Positions 8,400 to 18,173 of a stretch of DNA of 52,903 bases are shown here, piece after piece (positions within the stretch are counted from its first letter, which is position 1; every line of letters starts with the position of its first letter). This DNA comes from an uncultured Bacilli bacterium (GTDB lineage Bacteria; Bacillota_I; Bacilli_A; RF39; UBA660): the NCBI GenBank assembly GCA_934095965.1, contig CAKOKR010000003.1, positions 1 through 52,903 of the forward strand. Reading direction: 5' to 3'. The position numbers and the translations under genes are program-made. Below the pieces are notes generated by a model that was given only the letters and a program-made list of their open reading frames with translations, did not search any database and had not been told where the DNA came from.

Positions 8400-10340
8400 C
8401 TATTCACCACTCATTACATATTGTTCCGGGCTAACCCCAGGTTCTGATCCTTTAACAAAATAATATAAAGCAGTTTTACTATTTGTTTTTGGTACATTTC
8501 CAGTAACAGCATCTAATGGAATAGCAATAACATTTTTCGGTGTTTCATACCAATTATCTTTATCTTTTGTAGCATCTTCTATTACTTCTGCCCATATTTT
8601 TTTTGCTTGATTTCGAACACTTTTATCGCATTCTCTATTATCATCATAACCCATCCACATCATAACAAGAGCATCCGGATTATAACCAACAATCCAATAA
8701 TCTGTATTTGTTGAACCAGTTTTAATGGCATATTTATGTGTTAAACTTCCTGCAATATTAAGAGCTGTAGGTGTTGTATAATCTACAAAAGCATCATTTG
8801 TTGTACTAGTTAATGCTTCATTTAATATATAAGTATAATTTGGATTAATTACTAATTCTTTCTTATCTTCATGTTCATACAAAATATTACCATCTAAATC
8901 AGTTACTTTTCTAATAAAATATAAATCTTTTTTATAACCTCCGGTTGCAAAAGTGTTATAACCAGTTGCAAAATCAATTATATTTATTTCACTAGTACCT
9001 AAAGGAAGTGATGCAACACTTTGTAAAGACTCATTAATTCCAGCTCTTTTTGCAACATCAATCATTTTATCAACCCCCAAAAATAAATTAGTTTTAACAG
9101 CATAAATATTATCAGATAAACTTAAAGCAGCCTCCATAGTAATCTCTTTACTTGCATAAATATTTCCAGCATTAGATGGTGAATAAGTTTTGCCATTAGA
9201 TAAATTAAAAGTAGTTTCTTCACTTCTAAAAGTACTTGCCATAGTCATATTATTCTCAAGTGCAGCATAATACAAAAATGGTTTCATCGTCGACCCTACT
9301 TGTCTTTTACTTTTTAAAGCTCTGTTATATTGGCTCTTAGCATAATCTATTCCTCCAGTTAAAGCTCTAACTTCCCCAGTCTGTGGATTTACAACTACAC
9401 TAGCAACCTGTACCTCATCGTCATTTTTTTTAGCTAATATAGCATCTTCCATATTTTTTTGCATATCCATATCTAAACTAGTATATATTTTTAACCCACC
9501 AGAATTAATCAAAGATGTTGGTATTTCTTTTATATTATTAAGTTCATTTAATACAGCTTCTTGATAATACATAACCATTTGTAAATTATTTGTTTTATTT
9601 TGCCCATAAATATTTAATTTTTCTTTATATAGATTATTATAAGTACCCTCATCAATATAATTATTATTAAGCATAGACTTAGCAACAATTTTTGCTCTTT
9701 TTACTGCAGCATCATAATTACTAACAGGATTATAACCCGCTGGATTTTTAGGTATTCCTGCAAGCATAATAGCTTCCTCCAAAGAAAGTTCATTTGGTTT
9801 TTTATTAAAATAATAACTAGCAGCATTAACAATACCCATATTACCTTGCCCATAATTAATTGTATTTAAATAACCCTCTAAAATAGCATCTTTATCATAA
9901 TGTACTTCAAGTTCTAAAGTTAAAAATGCCTCATCTATCTTTCTTTTCCAAGTCTTATCAAAATCTAAATAAAGATTTTTAATATATTGCTGTGATATAG
10001 TTGAAGCACCTTGAACAATGGAACCTCTTTTAATATTAGTAACCATTGCTTTTGCAATTCTTAAATAATCAAACCCATGATGTTCATAAAAATTTTTATC
10101 TTCTACACTTACTACAGCATCAACTAAATAAGGACTTATATCACTTAAATTTGCCCATTCATTACTTCTAGAACCTTGATATAATAACTCATCTTTATTA
10201 TCATATATATATAAACTTCCACTTTTTTTTAAATCAAGTTTTGGACTCAAATAAGCATAAGTATATAAACCTATTAAAATTATTACAAAAGATATAAATA
10301 AAAATATCATTGATTTAAAACAAAATCTCATTATTTTCAA
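8400..10340 (-). CDS. Class A penicillin-binding protein (glycosyltransferase + transpeptidase)
   Basis: GT51 motifs EDKNFYEHHGFD and GASTISQQ. Transpeptidase motifs STMKP (SxxK), SLSDN (SxN) and KTGST (KTG). N-terminal TM anchor. Confidence 0.9.
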   Translation of the reverse strand: MKIMRFCFKSMIFLFISFVIILIGLYTYAYLSPKLDLKKSGSLYIYDNKDELLYQGSRSNEWANLSDISPYLVDAVVSVEDKNFYEHHGFDYLRIAKAMVTNIKRGSIVQGASTISQQYIKNLYLDFDKTWKRKIDEAFLTLELEVHYDKDAILEGYLNTINYGQGNMGIVNAASYYFNKKPNELSLEEAIMLAGIPKNPAGYNPVSNYDAAVKRAKIVAKSMLNNNYIDEGTYNNLYKEKLNIYGQNKTNNLQMVMYYQEAVLNELNNIKEIPTSLINSGGLKIYTSLDMDMQKNMEDAILAKKNDDEVQVASVVVNPQTGEVRALTGGIDYAKSQYNRALKSKRQVGSTMKPFLYYAALENNMTMASTFRSEETTFNLSNGKTYSPSNAGNIYASKEITMEAALSLSDNIYAVKTNLFLGVDKMIDVAKRAGINESLQSVASLPLGTSEINIIDFATGYNTFATGGYKKDLYFIRKVTDLDGNILYEHEDKKELVINPNYTYILNEALTSTTNDAFVDYTTPTALNIAGSLTHKYAIKTGSTNTDYWIVGYNPDALVMMWMGYDDNRECDKSVRNQAKKIWAEVIEDATKDKDNWYETPKNVIAIPLDAVTGNVPKTNSKTALYYFVKGSEPGVSPEQYVMSGE

Positions 10341-10481
10341 GTGCTATCACCTAAGTATTATTATGATGCAAAATTAAAATTAATATGCAAAATAATAATT
10401 CAAAAATTTATTATGTAAAAAACACTATACATTTATTAGAAAGTTTGTTATAATATGTGAGAAAAAAAGAGGTGACTAACC

Positions 10482-10814
10482 ATGAAAATTGATTGGAAAC
10501 TACTTGATAATGGAGAAGTTGTTATCGATGAAGTGGATAAAATAACTAAATTTGAAAATAATACTATTTATTATGAAGATGAATTTGGACTTCATGTGGT
10601 AGATAGAACAAACAGGATTTATGAACGAAGATGCCCAGATGATACATTTCGTGTTGATTTTAAAAATAATTTATTAACAGTATCATTTGGGAGCAATAAT
10701 TTAAAATATGATATAAAAACAAATTATGAAGAAATAGATGAATTAATAAAACTTACTTATGAACTAGGTAATGAACAAAAACAAATAATTATAAAAAGGA
10801 AAGAGGAAATATGA
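10482..10814 (+). CDS. Small conserved protein, DUF1934/YwiB-like
   Basis: 110 aa, overlaps the argS start (ATGA). B. subtilis ywiB occupies the same position upstream of argS. The assignment rests on synteny and size only. Confidence 0.55.
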   Translation: MKIDWKLLDNGEVVIDEVDKITKFENNTIYYEDEFGLHVVDRTNRIYERRCPDDTFRVDFKNNLLTVSFGSNNLKYDIKTNYEEIDELIKLTYELGNEQKQIIIKRKEEI

Positions 10815-12418
10815 AAAATATATTAATTGATGAAATAAAAAAAGTATTAAATGAATTAGAAATTAGTGATGTTGATGTTGAAATAAGTAAACCAGCACAA
10901 GCTGAAAATGGAGACTTTTCAAGTAATATTGCTATGAAACTTGCAAAGAGTTTAAGAAAAAATCCAATGGAAATAGCAAATATGATAGTTGAAAAAATAA
11001 ATAATGAAAATATTAAGAAGGTTGAAGTAAAAGCACCAGGTTTTATTAACTTCTTTGTATCAAAAGAATATTTACTTGAAAATATTAACAAAGTATTAGA
11101 AGAAAAAGAAAATTATGGAAGAAGCAATATTGGTAATGGACAAAAAATAAATATTGAATTTGTTAGTGCTAATCCAACTGGTATACTTCACTTAGGTAAT
11201 GCTCGTGGGGGTGCTTATGGTGATTCCCTTGCTAGAATAATGCGTTTTTGTGGTTTTGATGTAACTACAGAATATTACATTAATGACTTAGGTAGTCAAA
11301 TTACTAACTTAGGTTTATCAATCATAGCTCGTTATAAAGAAATATGTGGACTTCCATTTGAAATGCCTGAAAATGGGTATTATGGAAAAGAAATAATTGA
11401 CATAGCACAAAAATTATATGATGAACATAAAGATACATATTTAGAAAAAGATTTAGATTACTTTAAAAAATTAGGTACTGATGAAATGGTTGGTCATATC
11501 TTTGATGACTTAAAAGAATATAGAATTGAATATGATGTTAAAACAAGTGAAAAAGCTTTATCTGAAAAATATAATTTAATGGATGTCGTAGGTATTTTAA
11601 ATAAAAATGGATATACTTATGAAGCAGATGGAGCAACTTGGTTTAAATGTAGTGCTTTATTTGATGATAAAGACCATGTTTTAATCAAAGAAGATGGAAA
11701 TGCAACTTACTTCTTACCTGATATAGCATATCACATGGATAAAGTTAATCGTGGATTTGATAAAATGATTGATATATTCGGAGCAGACCACCATGGTTAT
11801 GTTGCACGTTTAAAAAGTAGTGTAAAAGCTCTAGGTAATGATCCTGAAAAACTAGAAGTTAAATTACTACAATTAGTAAGACTTGTAGAAAATGGTGAAG
11901 TTGTTAAAATGAGTAAAAGAACAGGTAAATCAGTTACTTTAAAAGAATTAATTGATGAAGTCGGAGTAAATGCTGCAAGATATTATTTTTCAAAATATAG
12001 CTTAGATACACAAATGGATTTTGACTTAAATCTAGCAAAAAGTAAGTCAAACGAAAACCCAGTTTTCTATGTAAGTTATGCTTATGCAAGAATTTGTTCA
12101 ATATTAAATTCACAACAAATTGACAAAAAATGTGAAAAATATATTGCAATTAATGACGATACATCATATAATGTTTTAGAAAAAGTTTATGAATTCCCAG
12201 AAGTTGTTAAAACTGCAGCAACAAAAGAGTTGCCACATTTAATAACTAATTATGTATATGAATTAGCTAGTTTATTCCATATGTACTATGCTAAAAAACG
12301 TGTACTAACTGATGATGAAGAAGAAACTTTAGAAAATTTGAATTTAATTAAATGTGTTAAACAAACATTATTTAATGCTCTAAATTTAATCGGGGTTATC
12401 CCACCAGAACAAATGTAA
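10811..12418 (+). CDS. argS: Arginine--tRNA ligase
   Basis: HIGH-type motif HLGNARG and KMSKS-type motif KMSKRTG. 535 aa. Confidence 0.95.
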   Translation: MKNILIDEIKKVLNELEISDVDVEISKPAQAENGDFSSNIAMKLAKSLRKNPMEIANMIVEKINNENIKKVEVKAPGFINFFVSKEYLLENINKVLEEKENYGRSNIGNGQKINIEFVSANPTGILHLGNARGGAYGDSLARIMRFCGFDVTTEYYINDLGSQITNLGLSIIARYKEICGLPFEMPENGYYGKEIIDIAQKLYDEHKDTYLEKDLDYFKKLGTDEMVGHIFDDLKEYRIEYDVKTSEKALSEKYNLMDVVGILNKNGYTYEADGATWFKCSALFDDKDHVLIKEDGNATYFLPDIAYHMDKVNRGFDKMIDIFGADHHGYVARLKSSVKALGNDPEKLEVKLLQLVRLVENGEVVKMSKRTGKSVTLKELIDEVGVNAARYYFSKYSLDTQMDFDLNLAKSKSNENPVFYVSYAYARICSILNSQQIDKKCEKYIAINDDTSYNVLEKVYEFPEVVKTAATKELPHLITNYVYELASLFHMYYAKKRVLTDDEEETLENLNLIKCVKQTLFNALNLIGVIPPEQM

Positions 12419-12436
12419 AGTAAGGAGAATGATTTT

Positions 12437-12874
12437 ATGAAGCTAAAAGATATACCTAAGGAAGAACTAGAACTAATGGGGTATGACGATATTGCTTTAT
12501 TAATACTACAAGAAAATGGCAAGAAAATGAAATTGCATGATATATTTGCAAAAGTATGTCAAGTTCTTGGATTACCAGAAGAAACCGTAGATAATGAAAT
12601 AATGGATTTCTTTGAACAAATGTCAATCAATAAAAAGTTTATCATGTTAGATAAAGGTTTTTGGGATCTTCAAACAAGACATAAATTAGATATCGTATTT
12701 GAAGATGAAGAAGAAGATGATTTAATGGAAGAAGACGAAGAAAACAATGATGACATTGAAAATGAAGAAGAAGACGAATTATTCTACGATGAAGATGATG
12801 ATACTGTAGATGATACAGATGATGATTTAGCAGACTTAATGGTAGTTGATGATTTAGAAGAAAGCAATATGTAA
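12437..12874 (+). CDS. rpoE: DNA-directed RNA polymerase delta subunit
   Basis: Globular N-terminal domain of about 90 aa followed by an extremely acidic D/E tail, as in the Bacillus delta subunit. Confidence 0.8.
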   Translation: MKLKDIPKEELELMGYDDIALLILQENGKKMKLHDIFAKVCQVLGLPEETVDNEIMDFFEQMSINKKFIMLDKGFWDLQTRHKLDIVFEDEEEDDLMEEDEENNDDIENEEEDELFYDEDDDTVDDTDDDLADLMVVDDLEESNM

Positions 12875-12913
12875 CAATTAAATATTTATTTTTAAAAAGA
12901 AAGCGAGGATAAA

Positions 12914-13978
12914 ATGTTTAATAGATTAGATGCAATCGAAGAAAAATATAATGAATTAACTACTAAATTAAGTGATCCAGAAGTATTAAGTAATTTTAAT
13001 CAAGTTAAAGAATTATCTAAAGAACATAGTGATTTAGAAGAAACTGTTAAAACATATCAAGCTTATAAACAAGCAAAAAATAATTTAGAAGAAGCAAAAA
13101 TGATGGTGGAAGACCCAGATTTAAAAGAAATTGCTTTGGAAGATGTTGAAAATTTAACAAAAGAAATAGATAGATTATATCATGAACTTGAAATATTACT
13201 AGTACCTAAAGATGAAAATGATGGTAAGAATGTAATAATGGAAATAAGAGGAGCTGCTGGAGGAGATGAAGCAAATATCTTTGCTGGTGACTTATTTAGA
13301 ATGTATTCTTATTACGCAGAAAAAAATGGCTGGAAAATTGAAGTTATTCACCAAATTGAAGGTACAAGTGGAGGTTTTTCCCAAATTGAATTCATGGTAA
13401 AAGGAGCTAATGTATATAGCAAATTAAAATATGAAAGTGGTTCTCATAGAGTTCAAAGAGTACCTGTAACAGAAACCCAAGGAAGAGTACATACATCAAC
13501 ATCAACTGTACTTGTTATGCCTGAAGTAGATACTGTAAATATTGATATTAAAGAAAGTGATTTAAAAATAGATGTATATCATTCAAGTGGTGCTGGTGGA
13601 CAATCAGTTAATACTGCCAATTCAGCAGTTCGTATAACTCATGTTCCAACAGGCGTAGTGGTAACTTGTCAAACAGAAAGAAGTCAACTACGTAATAAAG
13701 AAAGAGCAATGCAACTTCTTAAAATCAAAATAAATGATGAATTAATGCATGAACAAGAAAGTGCTATCGGAGCAACAAGAAAATCAAAAATAGGTTCCGG
13801 AGATCGTTCTGAAAAAATAAGAACATATAACTATCCACAAAATAGAGTAACTGATCATAGAATCAATTTCTCAACAATGTCTTTAGATAGAGTTATGGAT
13901 GGAGAATTAGAACCTGTTATTGAAGCGCTTATAAATGAAGATTTAAAATTAAAATTAGCTGGAATGTCTTTAGAATAA
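12914..13978 (+). CDS. prfA: Peptide chain release factor 1
   Basis: PVT tripeptide (RF1 PxT class) and the GGQ motif in SGAGGQSVN. Confidence 0.95.
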   Translation: MFNRLDAIEEKYNELTTKLSDPEVLSNFNQVKELSKEHSDLEETVKTYQAYKQAKNNLEEAKMMVEDPDLKEIALEDVENLTKEIDRLYHELEILLVPKDENDGKNVIMEIRGAAGGDEANIFAGDLFRMYSYYAEKNGWKIEVIHQIEGTSGGFSQIEFMVKGANVYSKLKYESGSHRVQRVPVTETQGRVHTSTSTVLVMPEVDTVNIDIKESDLKIDVYHSSGAGGQSVNTANSAVRITHVPTGVVVTCQTERSQLRNKERAMQLLKIKINDELMHEQESAIGATRKSKIGSGDRSEKIRTYNYPQNRVTDHRINFSTMSLDRVMDGELEPVIEALINEDLKLKLAGMSLE

Positions 13979-13991
13979 GTCCAGCTTTTTT
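13957..13991 (+). terminator. Putative terminator overlapping the prfA stop
   Basis: AGCTGGA ... TCCAGCT 7 bp stem with a 16 nt loop, followed by TTTTTT. Confidence 0.5.
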
Positions 13992-14010
13992 AGGTATAGA
14001 AATGTATTTT

Positions 14011-14562
14011 ATGAAAAGAAAACTATTAATAATAATTATATTGCTGTTATCAACAATAATACTAGTAAAATCAAATATGAATAAAGATATCAAATTTAAT
14101 TATCATCCAGTATTAAATATGTATGATATGTCTACTCCAGAAAAAGCAGTTGGTGCTGTAGATTATATTTTCGTAGCAAAAATTAATTCTATCAAAAAAA
14201 CTTTATATAGTGATTATGAACCATACACAGTGTACAACATAACTATATTAGAAAACATAAAAGGTAATTTATTAACAGATATAACATTAACTCAAATGGG
14301 AGGAATTTTCAAAAATAAAAAAGAATACATATTACCAAGTGATACCAAATTACTAAAACAAGGAAAAACTTATTTAATACTTGCATATGTACCAGAATAC
14401 AATGGGGATTTACAAATTAATAGCAATTATAACTACATAGAACTTAATGATTCTAAAGATGAATTAATAACAAGATATCAACAAGCATATGAAAATGAAG
14501 AAGTACCAGAACAAAAGAAAGATAGCTTTATATCAAAATATGATATTTCATTAAATCAATAA
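14011..14562 (+). CDS. Signal-anchored hypothetical protein
   Basis: N-terminal MKRKLLIIIILLLSTIILV hydrophobic segment. No known motif. The track start at 14002 is an alternative. Confidence 0.5.
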   Translation: MKRKLLIIIILLLSTIILVKSNMNKDIKFNYHPVLNMYDMSTPEKAVGAVDYIFVAKINSIKKTLYSDYEPYTVYNITILENIKGNLLTDITLTQMGGIFKNKKEYILPSDTKLLKQGKTYLILAYVPEYNGDLQINSNYNYIELNDSKDELITRYQQAYENEEVPEQKKDSFISKYDISLNQ

Positions 14563-14590
14563 ATATGTGTTAAGTAGCATCTCTGTTCTA

Positions 14591-14619
14591 TTGACTTTTC
14601 AAAATATATTCTGTATATT
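14591..14619 (+). promoter_or_regulatory. Sigma-A-type promoter for the AAA+/vWA module
   Basis: TTGACT, 17 nt spacer, TATATT, with TG upstream of the -10. Confidence 0.55.
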
Positions 14620-14640
14620 ATAGTTGGAGTGATGATAAAA

Positions 14641-16491
14641 ATGAATGATTTAGAAATTAATTTATTATCTATTGAACAAATATTTAGAGATGAAAAATAT
14701 ATATTTGACAGTTACGGATATGATATATCAAACACAGATTTATCTATTTTAACAGGTGCATATGTATATTTTGGTGCATTAGCACGTGGTTGGTATTGGA
14801 CTCAAAATATCAGCGGAAATGAAAAAATAGGTTGCATAAATAACAAAGGTGAAATGGTTCCTACTTCAAGTTTTCTTCGTAGAGGTACGATACGTCCAGT
14901 TCTATCATCTACTGAACTTTTAACAAATGGAACTTTAAAAAGAGATACTACAATAACTGGAGTAGATATCGTTGAATTTGGTGAATATCCTCAATATGCG
15001 GCACCATCAAGTATGCAACAAATACTAGAAACAGAATTTTCCAAAGGACTTAAAAAAACTGGAAATACTTATACATTCGATGGTAACAAAAATCCTGATT
15101 ATTATTATAAATTTATGCCAGTAACTTATGATGAATATGAGTTTGGTGAAAAAAAATATATTCGTATTAAAGCTCAAGCTTATAAAGATTGTTTTGAACT
15201 TTCAAATGGTATTAAGTATTTAAATGATAACCATGTCTGGGTTGAAGTTACTCCAGTTAAATGGCTAGTTGATAATAAAAATGGATTGTTAATATCAACG
15301 CGTGGGTTAGCTTCAGGTATAAGATATGCTGGAAATGGTGCACCAGACTTAAAATATAGTACATCTGAAATGAAAGAATATCTTGATAAATATATGTTAC
15401 ATGATTTAACACAAAATGTGGTATTCATTAAAGCAGATGATATGAATAAAGAAAGAGAATCAACAAATGTAAAAGTAAAAAGAAATTCATATGGATTATC
15501 ATTTGATAATGTCAGTGAAGAAGATATAATAAAAGGAGCTATTGAAAGTGGTGTAGCGGTATTTTTACATGGTCCATCATCCGAAGGTAAATCTGCCAGA
15601 GTAAAACAAATAGATCCAACATGTGAAATAATATACTTACGTAATGCATCTCCTGAAAGTTTAAATGGTAAAAGTGTTTATAATGCAAGTACCGGAGAAA
15701 TGATTGATGTTAAACCATCATGGCTTAAAAAACTTGAAGCTAAATGTGAACAAGAACCAGAAAGACTTCATGTATTATTTTTAGATGAAATAACAAATGC
15801 TTTGCCAAGTATCCAAGGTATAGCATTCAATATAGTTTTAGATAGAGAAGTAAATGGAATATGGAAATTACCAGATAATGCTAGAATTGTTGCTGCCGGA
15901 AATGACATGAAAGATTCTTTAGCAGCTAACCAATTAGCGGAACCTTTATTTAATAGATTTGCACATGTATATATCAAAACAACAACTGAAAGTTGGTTAA
16001 AGTGGGCAAGTGAAAATAATATTCATCCAGCAATTTATGCATATATTGCATATAAAAATGGTGAAACATTAAGAAGTAAATATGATGGTGAATTTCCAAA
16101 TGCAGATCCTAGAAAATGGGAAATGGCTTCAAAAATGCTTTATAAAACTCAAAATCCAAAGATGCTAAGAGCTCTAGTTGGTGAAGATATAACAAATGAA
16201 TTTGTAAAATTTTGTAATCAAAGAGTAATAACTCTAGATGATGTATTAAATGGAAACTATGATGAATTAGAAATAGCAGCACTAAACACTGCTGAAAGAT
16301 ATGCAACAACAATGGGATTATCTCGTGTAGATGAACAAAACTTAGAAAAAGTAATAAATTTTACAGAAATGTTAGGAAACGAATTTAAAGCAATTTTTTA
16401 TGCATTATGGACTCATGGTGATGAAAAAAGATTAGAAATAATAGCTGAAGCAAAACTTGCTGAAGCAGAAGTGGGAGGTAAAAGTCTATGA
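14641..16491 (+). CDS. AAA+ ATPase (MoxR/AAA_5-like) with an N-terminal FGEYPQ-motif domain of about 260 aa
   Basis: Walker A GPSSEGKS, Walker B HVLFLDE, sensor IVAAGND and arginine region PLFNRF. The N-terminal part has the motifs GWYWTQN, IRPVL, FGEYPQ and VKWLVDNKNGLLIS. ATG 14641 lies 11 nt after a GGAG RBS, and the track start is 14629. Confidence 0.75.
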   Translation: MNDLEINLLSIEQIFRDEKYIFDSYGYDISNTDLSILTGAYVYFGALARGWYWTQNISGNEKIGCINNKGEMVPTSSFLRRGTIRPVLSSTELLTNGTLKRDTTITGVDIVEFGEYPQYAAPSSMQQILETEFSKGLKKTGNTYTFDGNKNPDYYYKFMPVTYDEYEFGEKKYIRIKAQAYKDCFELSNGIKYLNDNHVWVEVTPVKWLVDNKNGLLISTRGLASGIRYAGNGAPDLKYSTSEMKEYLDKYMLHDLTQNVVFIKADDMNKERESTNVKVKRNSYGLSFDNVSEEDIIKGAIESGVAVFLHGPSSEGKSARVKQIDPTCEIIYLRNASPESLNGKSVYNASTGEMIDVKPSWLKKLEAKCEQEPERLHVLFLDEITNALPSIQGIAFNIVLDREVNGIWKLPDNARIVAAGNDMKDSLAANQLAEPLFNRFAHVYIKTTTESWLKWASENNIHPAIYAYIAYKNGETLRSKYDGEFPNADPRKWEMASKMLYKTQNPKMLRALVGEDITNEFVKFCNQRVITLDDVLNGNYDELEIAALNTAERYATTMGLSRVDEQNLEKVINFTEMLGNEFKAIFYALWTHGDEKRLEIIAEAKLAEAEVGGKSL

Positions 16492-16883
16492 CAGAAGATA
16501 AAAAAGAATTATTATTTTCATATATAAAAGCTAATGTAGCACCCATACTTGTGAACTTTATAACAAGTAAAGATGTTAAAAATACTATAGTGTTACCTGC
16601 ATCAATTTCATCAAATAAATTAAATGGTCACTATGAAGAAACAGAGTTTTTACCTCCAGAGTGGCTAAGAGAAATCCTAAACTCAAAAGATGCAAAAGTA
16701 TTAGTAATTGATAACATAGATTCTATCTCTAAAGAAGAACAACTAAAGTTTAGTGAACTTTTAGAACATAGAAAAATATCAACATTTAACCTACCAGATA
16801 ACTGTGTAATAATTGTTACTGCTAAAAATATAAATAAAGATACAATAAATGAAGAAATATTTTCATTACTAGCACGTATCTAA
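16488..16883 (+). CDS. Walker-A-less AAA-like paralog (131 aa)
   Basis: ATGA start/stop overlap with the ATPase, preceded by a GGGAGG RBS. KVLVIDNIDSISKEEQLKFSELLEHRKISTFNLPDNCVIIVTAKN aligns by eye with HVLFLDEITNALPSIQGIAFNIVLDREVNGIWKLPDNARIVAAGN of the upstream ATPase. No GxxxxGK[ST] motif, and DE is replaced by DN. Confidence 0.55.
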   Translation: MTEDKKELLFSYIKANVAPILVNFITSKDVKNTIVLPASISSNKLNGHYEETEFLPPEWLREILNSKDAKVLVIDNIDSISKEEQLKFSELLEHRKISTFNLPDNCVIIVTAKNINKDTINEEIFSLLARI

Positions 16884-16892
16884 GGATAAATT

Positions 16893-18173
16893 ATGAAATA
16901 TGATATTGAAGGATTAAAAAGAAAAATGCTTGTTAAGTATCCATTCTTTGGAAGTGTAGTTGCTAATGTTTCATATAAAGAAGATACTACTATAGAAACT
17001 GCATCAACTGATGGAAAAACAATCTATTATAATCCAAACTTTTTAGAGTCTCTTAATGTCTCTGAACAGACATTTATTTTTGCACATGAAGTTTGTCACA
17101 TAGCATTCAATCACATATTAAGAAGTGAAGGAAAAGATGAATACACCTGGAATATTGCAACTGATGGAGTTATCAACCAATTTTTAAAACTTGATGGATT
17201 AGAAATGGTCGAAGGTGGTGTTGATATTAAAGATGCAATTAACTATGATGCCGAAGAATTTTATGAAAAACTAATAAAAGAAAAAGAGCAACAACAAAAT
17301 GAACAAAGCAATAATGAAAAAACAAGTTCTGAAAATAACAAACAAAATAATCAAAGTAGTGATAAAAAACAACAAGCTGGACACGATTCACACAACATGT
17401 GGAAAGATGCTATAAAAAAATTTAAAGAAGAAACGTCTTTAACTGAACAAAAAAAACAAATCAAAGAAAAACAAGAACAAACTAAAAAAATGGGTGAAAA
17501 AGATTCATTCAAAGAAAATCTTGCTGAGAAAAAAAGAGAACTTGAAAAGTTAAAAAGAGAAATATTAAAAGAAGTATCACAAAGGGGTAAAACATCAAAT
17601 AGTGTTATTAGAACTATTAATGATATAGGTAAATCAAAACCAATAGTTGATTGGCGATACATTTTAAAAGAAGCAATAACTTATAATGCTGATTGGTCTT
17701 ATAAAAATGCGGAAATTGAAGATGGTGTTATATCTGCTAATCTAGAAGAACAACCTCATCCAGAAACAGAAATATTACTTGATACAAGTGGCTCAATCAG
17801 TGACTTCTTACTTCGTGGTTTCTTACGAGAATGTAAAAATATATTACATACTTCTAGATTAAAAGTAGGTTGTTTTGATACAAAATTTTATGGTTTTCAC
17901 GAAATAAGAACAGAGCAAGATATAGAAAACATGCAATTTGAAGGTGGCGGAGGAACTGACTTTAATATCGCAGTTAATTCATTTACTAAAAGAGTAGAAA
18001 ACAAAATAATATTTACTGATGGGCATGCTCAAATGCCTGATACTCCAATTGATGCTATATGGATAGTTTTTGGTTTTGAAAAAATAAGACCTAAAGGTGG
18101 CAAAGTAATATATATTTCGCCACAAGATTTAGATAAATTGTATACAAATGAACTTCAAGGAAGATCCAGATAA
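16893..18173 (+). CDS. Putative zinc metallopeptidase + vWA domain protein (DUF2201-type)
   Basis: N-terminal half has ASTDGKTIYYNP and FAHEVCHIAFNH (HExxH). A low-complexity K/E/Q linker follows. C-terminal half has the MIDAS-type motif LLDTSGSIS. Confidence 0.8.
   Translation: MKYDIEGLKRKMLVKYPFFGSVVANVSYKEDTTIETASTDGKTIYYNPNFLESLNVSEQTFIFAHEVCHIAFNHILRSEGKDEYTWNIATDGVINQFLKLDGLEMVEGGVDIKDAINYDAEEFYEKLIKEKEQQQNEQSNNEKTSSENNKQNNQSSDKKQQAGHDSHNMWKDAIKKFKEETSLTEQKKQIKEKQEQTKKMGEKDSFKENLAEKKRELEKLKREILKEVSQRGKTSNSVIRTINDIGKSKPIVDWRYILKEAITYNADWSYKNAEIEDGVISANLEEQPHPETEILLDTSGSISDFLLRGFLRECKNILHTSRLKVGCFDTKFYGFHEIRTEQDIENMQFEGGGGTDFNIAVNSFTKRVENKIIFTDGHAQMPDTPIDAIWIVFGFEKIRPKGGKVIYISPQDLDKLYTNELQGRSR

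Noticed and set aside
10341-10481. Looked for a T-box leader upstream of the DUF1934-argS pair.
   Set aside because: The intergenic region is short and AT-rich, without a specifier hairpin or T-box sequence. Only a promoter-like TTGTTATAAT is present.
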